This document shows, piece by piece, positions 52,711 to 64,000 of a stretch of 64,000 nt of DNA. The DNA is taken from contig CP158635.1 in the NCBI GenBank assembly GCA_050273025.1, positions 5,704,001 through 5,768,000 on the forward strand, given 5' to 3'. The notes under the pieces were generated by a model. The model was not told the origin of the DNA, searched no databases, and saw only the letters and a list, made by a program, of their open reading frames with translations. How positions within the stretch are numbered: position 1 is the stretch's first letter; every line of letters starts with the position of its first letter. This stretch comes from Cenococcum geophilum. Its lineage: Eukaryota. Both the position numbers and the translations under genes were made by a program.

Positions 52711-54467
52711 CGAAAAGGTTTAAAAAGCCTTTTAGGAACTACACGCAAAGTTTATAGAAGCTCTATTACTATAGCATTTTAACCTAAATTAGCTACTAAT
52801 AATAGTTACTAATGCATTAAATTTTGCCCTTATTAGTATTCTATTATAACCTAATAGGCATCCGGACGCTACTTAGCTCTACTAAAGACTAGTAGCATTT
52901 TATAGTAGAAAATTCTAGGGGCCTAAAGTTAGGTATTATACCCATGATAAGGAACTACTGGCTATAGTTAACTGCTTTAAATAGTAGCGACACTACCTTA
53001 AGTACGCGAGCTATACCACCCATATACTCTCAGATTATTATAATTTACGCTACTTTATAACTACAAAGAAGCTTATACCTTAATAGGCTAGATAGGTAGA
53101 GGAGCTTATATAATGGGACTGGCCTAGTTATAGTAGAAATGTCTTGGTGAAACACTCGACAGGTAAATTCTAAAGCTTTAACCAAATTCTGCCAAATTTT
53201 GCCAGCTTAATTAACTTCTGCCAAGTTCTACCAAATTAATTAAATTCTACTAAAGTCCGTTAAAGACCGCATATGTATATACGCACGCATTAACCATAAG
53301 CCCCTAACTATTTAATTATATAATTCTTTTGTTATTTCTTTCTCTTCTTTATATAACGTCTTATTCTCTATAAAAGCTATATATCCTTAGATTTAGATAG
53401 AATTTATATTATTCCTATAAATCTTCCTTAAAGCCTCTTCACACCCTTATACTACGTTGCGTTAAAATAACTATTATTAAAATAGCAAATAAACCTAAAT
53501 CCCTTTTAATAATTATAAGCATTATATCCCTAGTTAGGGAACAGTTAACTATAATATAATAGTCCTTTATAAATACCTTAGCCTAGCAGCAGGCTGCACT
53601 AGAAGCCTAGTATTAGTAATTAATGGAAGCACTCCGCAAAGAACTCCGTAATGTTAAAGCACTTATATTAAAGACCCTAACACAATCTATAAACAAAATT
53701 AATATAACTATATCTAAGCCTAGCCCCTTAAACGCGAACTTTAAACTAGTAATAGTAACTTAACCTATATCTATAATAAATTTAATACCCGCTATAAAAT
53801 CTAAAAAGCTCTCTAATTCTTTAATGTTTAATAAAAACTAAAATAACCTACGTCCCTTTATAAATAAGCTGTATCTTAAACTTTTAATAAACTATAACTA
53901 ATACCCTATTAAAGCTAGCAAGGTTAGCCATGGAATATCTTATTTAAGTAAAGACGCTATACGTACTATAGATCTATTCTTCCGTAATAGTACCTTTATT
54001 AATTTTAAAACCTTTATCTCTCTGCTAGAATAAATATATAATAACGCTAGCCGTAAATATACAGCTATTATAAAACTTAAAAACCTATAATAACGGAACC
54101 GAGACTTTACTAGCTTCTTTTTGGAATTTTTAGGCCTTATTAGCGAGCTAGATTAAAATAAAGCCGCTAGAGTTGCTACCCTTTAATAAGCTATTTTAGA
54201 CAAGATTAGAGCCTAGTTAGTAGGTAAAAAACTGCGAAAAGACCTATCCGAATTTACTATAATATATTAATAAATAAATGGACATGTCTATGTGGCTAAG
54301 CGAGCACTGTAGCAGCACCCCTGCATCTTAGCAACACTAACATCATCAATATTTACAAAATTGAGCCTTACTTGCTTGCTTTCCATATTAGTCTTATTTA
54401 AGAGCTAATGCCTTATTTACTTAATTTCTAATAATTAATTGTTGCTGTTAATGACTTAACGACCTAT

Positions 54468-55569
54468 ATGCTTATCTAAACCTTCGCGAATTATCTATAA
54501 AAACCTTAAAAACTTAACTAACGACGATACACTTAACGAGCTAAACTCCTCAGAGGTTACCTACCAGTCTCCCTTACCTTCCCCTATACCTTTAGGCGAT
54601 ACGCCGGCATTACAGTCTCTATCCTCTATAATAGCGCCTCTCTCCGCGGCTTAACGCGAGATTTTAGCCGCTAAAAAAGCCGAAGAACGGCTCTAGTAAC
54701 TACACGAGAAGGACCTAAGGATTAGAAGAGCTTAGGTAAAGGAGGTTAAGGACTAGGCAACCGACCGGAAAATAAGACTCTTTTAGGAACAGGAGGACTG
54801 TACTAAAATGCTACGCGTCCAAAAAGAATAGGAAGATTAGGCGACTAAACTCTATATATTAAGCCTCGCTACGGTAATAGCAAGATTAGCTACGGTAGTA
54901 TTATTCTTAACCCTAATTAATAAACTGGGTAAGTTGCTCCTATCTATAGCCAATATCCTAAATACCCTTCTCCTTGGCGTCCCGAATAAAGAGATACTTA
55001 AGGTATTTTAAGGTACTTTCTTACCTAATAACCTCTTTTACCTCCAGATACACTAGCTCTGGTCTAAGCCTTAGAATAATATCCTTATTATTAATAGCGT
55101 CCTTTTTATAAGACCGAAAGAAGGGACAATAAAGGACTACCCGTCCGTTAAAGTATAGGTAGAGGGCTTCCTTAACTATATAATAATTTTAATTATTATA
55201 TATAAGAATCTTTCGGTAGATCTTATTCCCTAAATACTTACCTTCTATAATTAAGTTATTTGGCTATCTACTACCTACTAAATTGCTTCCTTAATGACTA
55301 TAGCCTTAAAGCACCACTCTATGGTTATTTAAAAGAACTAGTTAGAGCTAGCTAACTGGAAGATCTTTAGTAACTTCCTAGATATCTATTACAATCCTAG
55401 TACTTATAAATCCGCATCTATCTTAAAACGCGCGTAAGTAAGTACTAATATCTTAAGGACCTATTATAGCTTTAATAGAGGGAAGTGTGACCTGGGCAAG
55501 GATTGCAAGTTCCCGTATACCTATAGCAAATACGGTGGCTTATATACTACAAGGAATTATAAGTAGTAA
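54468..55569 (+). pseudogene. Ngaro ORF1 (gag-like, C-terminal Cys/His zinc finger)
   Basis: De-RIP CYSFNRGKCDLGKDCKFPHTCSKCGGSH.ARNC at ~55462-55560. Confidence 0.78.
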
Positions 55570-57330
55570 TTACTAAAGGAAAGTGTTAATAAGGAAAAGG
55601 AAGAGAAGGAAGAGGATTTTATTAAGCTATACCTATACTCCACCAAAACTGTGCTCTACCCTTATAGTACAGGTAGGCTAAATACTATACTATTATTTCC
55701 AGTCTTCCTGCCCTCCTCTCCTCTATAGGACTCTCCCTCCCCCTTAATTATTTAAGCGTGGGGGCGTTATCTATCCCTATACCCTAGCAACCTCTAATAT
55801 AACATTATCGGTATCTTAAAGTTTGGATACTAGATTAGGGCAAACCTAGAAATTAAGCTCCTCTCCTAAAAGAACTAAGCCTTAATAGCTATAAATACGG
55901 TCCTAATCTTAGAGAAGATTAGCGCCGATCTAGATATAGGCAGGATTATAATAGTAATGTCTTCCATTATATCCTTACCGCTAGGTTTAGTACCTAAAGC
56001 GGATAAAGGATAGCGCCGTATTTATAACTTATCCTCACTATCTAGCCGATCTGTCAACGACTTAATCCCTATAGCATTCGCCATACTACAATATTTAACA
56101 GTTAATTAGGTTCTCTAATACGTTATATATACAGGCCGTAGTTATATAATTATTAAGAGGGATATTAAGGACGCCTTTTAGAACATCCCACTTTCTATTA
56201 AAGCTTAACGCCTTATAGGGTTCTTCTAGAAGGGTATAGTATATTTTAAACATTACCTCTCATTCGGCCTTCAAACTGCACCCTTTTTATTTAATCTTTT
56301 TGCGGAGGGATTCTATTAGATACTTATCCAATATATCTTAAACGCCGCCTTAGAGCACTATTTAGATAACTTCATCTTTATACTCTCTAACGCTTCTATT
56401 CTCCCTTAATTGCTTAATATATATAACTAATTAAGCAACAAATTAGGCATCCTACGAAACGAATTAAAGAATATTAAAGGCACTACGGCTAAAGTCCTAG
56501 GTTATATTATAGATACTCTAAAGTCTAAGCTGCGTCTTTCTCCTTTAAAACAGGCTACTATAATTAAGGAGATTAATAAAGCGTTAAGTGGTAAATCCCT
56601 AACGCTAGTTTAGAGTTAAAAACTAGCTAGTAGACTTACTTGGAGCGCCTAGGTAATTAGGCTTGGGCGTTTATATAACCGCTCTATCTAGGAGTTCATC
56701 TCCACTTTTATAAAGGCAGGTGGTTATTCTTACTAACGGCTAACAGCTAAACTTTACCAAGACTTATTATGGTAGAGGGATGCTCTTACCCTTTTAAATA
56801 GTATCCTCTTCTTTAATAATACGGATTAAAAATAATTCTATCTCTTCTTAAACGCATCCAGGATTTTTAGTTACAGGGCCTTCTTCTTCCTTAAGGATTC
56901 TTAAGGGACAACATAGCCGCCCTATTTGGTATCTCTACCCTAAGATAATTCTTTAAGCTGCTACCCTAATGCAAAACACCGCCTTACCCTAATTAATAAG
57001 TGGGAGGTCTAAGCGATTACAACCTCGTTCTAGCTCTGGGTAATATAGTAGGAGCATAGCTTAGTCTATATCTATATAGATAACATAGTAGCACTCTTAG
57101 GATTTTAGAATACGGTAGTAAAAGGACCGGGTAATTACCCGCTCCGTAAGATCCTCCAACTAGCCATAGCCTACGATATTACGCTCTATACAGAGTGGGT
57201 TTCCTCTACAGAAAATAGGCTAGCTAATGCTCTATCTCGTTTTAATCGCGATAGGGTATTATTACTATACCCGCATTAGGATACTTCTAATTTACTATTA
57301 CTATACGCTTCTTTATTACATTTAATCTAA
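55570..57330 (+). pseudogene. Ngaro ORF2 (RT and RNase H)
   Basis: SPLGLVPK..WRRIHDLS, DIKDAF, LSFGLQTAP.LF, YLDD relic at 56359-56370, DAS..., EN.LADALSR. Confidence 0.9.
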
Positions 57331-58410
57331 CGCTGAAATAGAAGACTTAGTCCCTCTTAAAGACCCCCTACCTAATTTCTAGATTAAGGTAAAAGCCCCC
57401 TTAAAATACTTCGGCCAACTATTATAGCATAGCCTCTCTAATAGAATAAGAGATTTATACTATCCCGCAATTAAGAGTTAGGAGGGCTACTGCAACCTTT
57501 ACGGAGCGGTAAAGTACCTAGCGCCCCTCTACCACCTAGGAGAATAGATTACCCAACAGATCTTTAGTAATACTAGTCTAGAAATAAGCCGTATTAAGCC
57601 TACTATAGTTAGAGCCTATATCTCCGTAATTTAATCCCACTATATTAACGCTAATTATAACACCTCCGTCTTTAATAATCCTATTATTAAAAGGATCCTA
57701 GATGGTGTAACATCTATAAATCCCTCTACTATAGCTAAAAGATTGCTAATTACTAAAGACATCCTTGCCTAATTAGTTACCCTAAATGCCTAATCCGTTA
57801 AGGATCTTAACTTTAACGCCGCCGTTACTATAGCCTTTACGGGATTCCTTTATCTAGGCAAGATTACCTATACTAAGGCTCAGAAAGATAGCCACGCCTT
57901 CTCTACTATAAAATGTACCAGAAACAATATAACGCTGGCAGAGGACTATATAATATTATATCTAAAGCATAGTAAAACGGACGTTAATTACCAAGGAGTC
58001 TTAATTACGATTGCCGCTTTAGGGTAACCTAAATACGCAGTTTAAGCTATAAAACACCTATTTAAAAATAACCCCCAACCTAGAAACGCCCCTCTCTTTC
58101 GCTTTAAGAGATTGGCCTTTATAAGCTACGCGGTTAGGAATAAGCTAAAGTATAAAGTTGCCGCTCTTAGCCTTTACTCTAAGCTCTATAACGGACACTT
58201 GTTTTAGAAAGGTGCTGCTTAATACACTTAAGACAACGGTTTTACAAACGGCTAAATACAGCAACTAGGCCGGTGGTCCTTATAAGCATTCCAGCTTTAC
58301 TGTTTATTATCCCTAAAAGACCTATTCCGGCTAAGTATAAACTTCTAACATAGAACGCTAATACCGTTCTTATTGTTATTCGCCCTAGATATAATGGGCG
58401 AAGGTATTTA
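57330..58410 (+). pseudogene. Ngaro ORF3 (tyrosine recombinase)
   Basis: AF.GFL.LGE ~57835, SKTD ~57970, GHSFRKGAA relic at 58193-58219, GRWS ~58268, then AFQLY. Confidence 0.9.
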
Positions 58411-59884
58411 GGCATAACGGCGTATAGGAGTGCCTATTTTGGCACTCTAATACATTAACTTAAATCTCTCCTTTCCCCCCCTTTTTTATTTTTTATTTTT
58501 TCTTCCCCCTACTCTACCTTATATAGTACGGGCGCTGCGCTTCTAGGTCTATAGGCATTACATTTAGTTAAGGCAGGGTAATCCCCTATAAATGGCCTTG
58601 CGAATATACCCATTCTTAATTAATGCCTTTAAGCCCGTACCCACCAATTAGATTAATTAATCCTCTTCTCCGCAAGCGTGTAAATAATAGATAGATATGT
58701 CTATATGGCTAAGTAAGCACTATAGCAGCACCCCTACATCTTAGTAACACTAACATTATTAACATTTACAAAATTGAGCCTTGCTTGCTTGCTTTCCCTC
58801 CCACCTATACCTTTTTCTTTAGTTGCATATTTTGGGCTTTATAAATAGATACTGTAGCAATATGCTTGCGCACGGGTCTATAGGTATCACGTTTAGTCAA
58901 GGCAGGGCAATCCCCTGCAAATGGCCTTGCGAATATACCCATTCTCAATTAATGCCTTTAAGCCTATACCCACCAATTAGATTAATTAATCCTCTTCTCC
59001 GCAAGCGTGTGAATAATAGATAAGGACCTTTAATATAATAAGCAGACTTATTCTCTAAAGCTAACTATACCTTATATTTAAAACTCTATAAAACCGGTAT
59101 ATGCTCTAAAACGCGATCCTTTTTTAAGACCTAAAAGCCCTATATATAACCTTATAGACCTTAATGCTACCTAATCCTATATACTCTTAGGAACTAATAA
59201 ATAAAGAACTTAAGCTATAAATAGAGAATGCTTTAGATGCGGTAAAAGAGGATATATTTAAATGAATTGCCAAACTTACCCCTTTAAAAAGGTCCGCCAT
59301 AGTTGCTCCTAATCCTTAAATTATACTCGTTCTATAAACTATACTTAGTCGCCATAAAGTACTTTACCTTTAGTTAACTTAGAAAACAAATTATCTAAGG
59401 GCTAAGTTGCGCCTTAATATAAAAAGTGGAAAAGAATAAGTGTCTAGGCTCTTCTAGCGCTAATATATAATATAACTCCCTTAATATACTCGGCGAAATT
59501 CAAATACTTAGAAAATAGAAGGAAGTATAAATCCTAATAGATAGCGGGGCTACTAGAATAGGCTTTATTAATACAAACTATATAAAAACTTAATGCTTAA
59601 ATTTAAAGAAACTTAATAAGCCCTAAGGCCTATAAGGCTTTAATAATAAACCCTTAATATATAGTAAACTAACGTACTATGCTTAAGTAAATATATAGAT
59701 AGGTAGATACCTTAGATATATTTCTTTATTTATAACATTCTTAAAGTAATATAAAGTTATACTTAGATATAAATGGTTAAAATAATATAACCCCTTAATT
59801 AGCTGGGTTAAAGAAACGCTAAAGTTCCGTATAACTTACTGCTAAAGTTATTACTTAAAATACTATATACCCTACAAATATATA

Positions 59885-61198
59885 TAATAATAATAATTCA
59901 TTGCTTAACGTCCGATTCGGATCCCTATTGGGCCCACGCGGACTACTCCTTATTTACATATGGGGAGAAAACTCAACTTAAGAAAGACTCAACTTGAGAA
60001 AACCCCGTGATCCATTTCCCCGCCTCTTAGGACTCGCCTATAAGGCGCCTGCAAGGCGCCTACGAGTCACCTATAGTGCTCCTACTACCTTACTTTTTAA
60101 CCTCCTTAGGAACCACTGCTGCTATAACTAGCCTACGGACGCGTTAGTATCGCATACTTTACTCTACTACTATAAAGTCATTAGGGGGCGCCTATTGCTT
60201 ACCCCTCCGCCCTTTATTATTATTTCCTTTATGACCTAAAACTAGTTTAGTATATTTTAGCTAATAAGCCACTAGGTAACCGCCTTAAGGCCTTTTTATA
60301 TTAAAAGCAGTGTCTTATAGTTCTCTATGCTAGCTACTAAGAGTATTACTTCTTAGTTAGTGCGTAAGGGGTATAATAGTATTATATATTTTGGTGTCTG
60401 TTTTAGCCAGCCACATTTATATCTTGGGCTACCTACTAGGACACCCACCTAGTAGAGCTAGTCTTTTAGTCCTATTATTCCTGTTCTTAAAAGCGTTGCC
60501 ATTATATTTTCTACCTTCGTTAGGCCTTTTTAGAGCCCTAGGGTGTCTACCCCCTATAGCGTTAACTATGCTACGGCTTAGGTTCCTCTTGCCTTAGTCA
60601 GCCTCTATACCTTTAACTCCTATATACCTCTTTAGCGTTAGTCTAGCCAGTATTGCATTACAGTAGATAGTTTCCCAGCGTTCTTTTATACTCTACTTTG
60701 GCTCCTTTTTCTCTCTTACTATTGTCCTTACTAGCCTCTTGCGCGTTTCCCTTCCTCCTTTATATAGGCCTGGGCCCTAAAGCAGCACCATTCTTCTTCT
60801 GCTTTCTTTACCTATTTCTCTAATATATCTTCCCTACTTTAGGGTTGTTAGTTTGTTCTCCTATAAGGCGCCCTAGGGTCCCTCTATAGTTTATTTAAAC
60901 GTGTCTTGATATACTTTCTAATATTAAAGTTACATTCCTTTTACGCCCTTTATATTACAGCGGCTTCAATATATAGTTATAGGGGGGGAATATTAGCTTC
61001 CTTCTCAAGCAGAGCTGTGGCCGTTCGCTTATATCCGCCTGTTATACTCTAGAGGCAGGCTGTTTAGACCTTTTGGAGTGATTTAAGGAGCGATTTAGGG
61101 GGGCCTTTCTCAGATTCTCTAATGGCCTAGATACTAGACCTATACGTTATAGTTGGCCGGACAACTGCTGTGTATAGTAGGCGTGACCTCTAGAAGCA
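59885..61198 (-). mobile_element. Tad1-like LINE L3, 3' portion (RT C-terminal region, 3' UTR, (TTA)n tail)
   Basis: RSRLLYTAVVRPT.TY...W and ACL.SITGGYKRTATALLEKEANIPPL on the minus strand; taataataataa at 59885-59896. Confidence 0.85.
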
Positions 61199-61891
61199 TA
61201 GCAGGTAGTTATATAGTAGAGTTTAATATGCCTGCTTATTTAGGCCTCTGTTCTAACTGATATCGGTATATATAATGTTTTGGAACATTTCTGCCTTATT
61301 CTGGAACGAGTTGTCCTTGTTCCAGAATGAGTCGTATATCGCTTTAATCGGCTCCATTCTGGATTGCTTGCCTTATTCCAGAAAAGACCTTTAAAGGTTA
61401 GGCTAATTACTAGGTGGTATAGTAGGTAGAGGCTTGCTAACGCCCACACGTATACTATAAGTCGTGAAGTTCTTTAAAATAGATGCATTTTATGCCTTCA
61501 TTTTTCTTTATTTCTAGATTTAATTGGTAAATAGTTATCGCATAGGGTCTAGAATAACCTTAAATTACACTAACTATACCTATATAACGTCGCCAAAAGA
61601 TCCACTTAATAAGTGTACATTTAGTGGTTAAATAATATTTTGCAATTAAGCGTAAGGCATTTTGTAGGGCTCTCGTAAGCTCCTTTATGGTATTAATTTT
61701 GCTTAAAAATCGCCCAATTAGGCTTAGCGCAGGGGCTATTATAAACTTTAAATTTTTTTTATTAATCCTTCCTTACCTACCGCCTCTACGCACGACTTAA
61801 TTAGATCCTTAATAATATACGCACCTTTTCTGTAAGTTCTAAATATATATTTAACTCTACTGCCAGCTTAAATCTAACACTAGTAATAGCA

Positions 61892-64000
61892 ATATCGTCC
61901 TCCGCGTCTACCTCCGCGCCTACCTCCGCGCCCGCACCTAATGCAGCTCCCTTACCTCCTACTAATACTCCTACCGCGAATAAAGACTATAACGCTAGCC
62001 AAGTAGTTATTTCCTTCTTAGTTATAGTAAAGCCTGCCTTTACTAAGTATCTAGAAGAAACCCAGAACGCCTTAATAAAGCGCGTTATATAGAAAAAAAT
62101 ATAATGACATTATTTCCTAGCTCACTAATCTAGGTTATAAAGCTCTCTCGCAGGCTAAACGTAACGCTAAATTAAAGGCTAAGAGCCGCTGGTTTATATA
62201 GGAATAAGGTAAAGAGTATATACGCGGCCTCTGGAGGCGGTTAATTCGCTTACCTAACTATAGCTTAAAGGTTGTTCCTAAGCCAGAAATATATAATACC
62301 ATCGTTTAGTGCTATAAGGAGCTTTACTATATAGGGCAGAAGAAGATATATAGTACGCTTACGGCCAATTAATACGGTATATAGCTAGTGGAAGTTGTTT
62401 AGCTTCTAGAATACTGCTGGGTGTGTATTAAGTAAGTTTAACTTTTTATAAAATTGTTAGTCGTACTAATATTCTTATAGGAGCGCTCCTAACGCTATAT
62501 AGCTACCACTTAATGCAATTATCTCTAGGGCTCCTTTTGATTGTATCTAGGGCGATCTTATTAATATGCGTAATAAGGCTAATAGTGAATATAAATGGAT
62601 CCTATAGATACGCGATTACTTCAGTAAATATTATACCCTCTACCCCCTTAAGTAGAAGACCGCTGAGTAAGTTGCCGCAGCTATGCTCTAATGGATACAT
62701 TATTATATTCACCCGCGTATTTAGTAGAGTAATAACAGCTTAGAATTTAAAGGCGCCCTTCTTATACTGCTTAGGCGTTATAAAATTAAGGTAATTAACA
62801 GCCGGCTATAATACCCCTAGTCGTAAGGCCTTGTAGAGCAAGCCAACGGTTATATAAAGAAGAAGCTTTATACAGTAAAGCGACTCTTAGGAACTTCGCG
62901 ATGGGCGGCGGCTTGCCCAATTATTGCAGCCTTAATTAATCGCACCTACTATAAATTAATTGGCTGCATACCTTTCTACTACCTCTATGGGAGAGATCCT
63001 TAGCCATCTACTTTAGTGGCGCCTAGCCACCGGGCTACTGCAGAGCCTCTGCTAAAAGTTACCGACGCCTCTAAAGCTAAGGAGAAAGAGGATCTTAATA
63101 GTAATAAGGAAGTTCTCGGTCCTCTACTAGATAAGAACGGTAATAGGTAATAGGCAGCTAAGCAAGAGCGCAAGGACAATAAATATTTTAATGAGGAACC
63201 TAACGGTAGCTAGAGCTCGATCGCGGCCAAATATAAAGATGAGGAGAATAAGGATTAATTAGAAGATAAGGAGAATAAGGGTTAATTAGAAGATGAGGAG
63301 AATAAGGGTTAATTAGAAGATAAGGAGAATAAGGGTCTAATTAATCCTTATTCTCCTTATGTTCTAATTAACCCTTATTCTCCTTATCTTCTAATTAAAG
63401 TTAATATATAGAGGCCAAGGACTCCTTTAAACCCTACTTTATCTAACAATAATTAAACCTTTAAAGGCTGCTCACCAATCTTAAGTTGAACTCGCGAGAT
63501 TATAGAGGCTATACAGTTATTAGGATTAAGTGGATTTAGATAGCCTCCGCCTCTACTAAAAGGCTTTTCTATACTAAGCTAAGACGCCCAGATGCAATTA
63601 ATAAGAGAAGAGTTTACTAAATTAAATAGATAGATTATAGCCGACGCTGCTGCTAGAGCTCTATAGTAAGCTAAGTTTAATTGTGATATTAAAAGAAGGT
63701 AGCGATTTATCTATTAGTAGGAGGAGTTATATTTAGATAACTGGATTAAAGATCTGGAGGATCCTTTTTATATACCCGGAGGCTCCTTTATAGATAATCT
63801 TGCCATAAGGGTTAAAGATATACGCGCATAGCTCTACCGCGTAGCTAGTAGAGTAGGCCTACCACCTATAGATTTTAATAAGTACTATAACGTCGCTATA
63901 CCTTCTTACCGGCATAAGTTAATTCGGGTGGCAAAGGACTCTAATTACCCTATTTACTCTATACCACTATGGCGAGAGCTTATACGGCAGGTGCGTAAGA
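61892..64000 (+). pseudogene. RIP-degraded HHCC + DDE integrase/transposase
   Basis: H..GQKKTY..CWVC at ~62315-62426, QGDLIDM ~62548, WILQIRDHFSK ~62596, DNGSEFK ~62730, VEQANG ~62833. Confidence 0.78.
63238..63398. repeat. 27-bp tandem repeats followed by inverted copies
   Basis: gatgaggagaataagg(a/g)ttaattagaa x3.7, then ~2.3 reverse-complement units from 63337. Confidence 0.9.

Larger units (their letters stand above)
47049..53108 (+). mobile_element. Gypsy family G copy G2 (putative 5' LTR from 47049, gag, PR, RT, RNase H; interrupted at 53108 by H)
   Basis: ATG ~47391, ALYDSGAEINL ~49462, KNRYPLP ~50570, YLDD ~50831, HDKELLAIV ~52943, QARW.EEL ~53085. Confidence 0.87.
54273..59022 (+). 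mobile_element. Complete Ngaro-type (DIRS order) tyrosine-recombinase retrotransposon
   Basis: Split direct repeats A1 54281-54384, B1 58546-58692, A2 58694-58797, B2 58875-59021; ORF order gag-like, RT/RNase H, YR. Confidence 0.93.
53109..59884 (+). mobile_element. Gypsy family H (A-related): 5' LTR ~53109-53420, gag split by the Ngaro element, protease; cut by L3
   Basis: T(G>A)TAA(C>T)GGGA start, gag similar to A, CFRCGKRGHI..NC at ~59229, LIDSGATG at ~59534. Confidence 0.82.
61199..64000 (+). mobile_element. Ginger-like DNA transposon with a retroviral-type integrase (runs off the window end)
   Basis: Subterminal repeats at 61243-61385 and an integrase relic. No RT or LTR seen upstream. 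The terminus is not precisely defined. Confidence 0.6.

Noticed and set aside
57330..58410. Starship captain or Crypton recombinase
   Set aside because: The recombinase follows an RT/RNase H ORF and sits within split direct repeats, which is Ngaro architecture.
2293..62743. The 16 ORFs of the supplied track as real genes
   Set aside because: All lie inside RIP-mutated transposons, mostly antisense or off-frame. 20807-21004 is a stop-free piece of the C integrase.

Overview
This window is an AT-rich fungal (Pezizomycotina-type) transposon graveyard. It is heavily mutated by RIP: TpA is in excess, TG..CA termini read TA..TA, and CAA/CAG/TGG codons have become stops. I see no intact host gene, and the supplied ORFs are chance frames or transposon relics. 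Target-site duplications (TSDs) let almost the whole window be parsed as nested elements. These are Ty3/Gypsy chromoviruses of several families (called A, B, C, F, G, H here), a non-autonomous LTR element with an internal repeat array (E), three Tad1-like LINE pieces, a Fot1/pogo-type foldback MITE, a deleted hAT element, a complete Ngaro-type tyrosine-recombinase retrotransposon, and a Ginger-like integrase element. The most notable observation is a ~0.93 kb retroposon (D, two copies with 12-14 bp TSDs). Its 5' end is exactly an HDV-like ribozyme fold, and its 3' end resembles that of a LINE in the same window. Protein motifs below are manual de-RIP reconstructions, not database hits.
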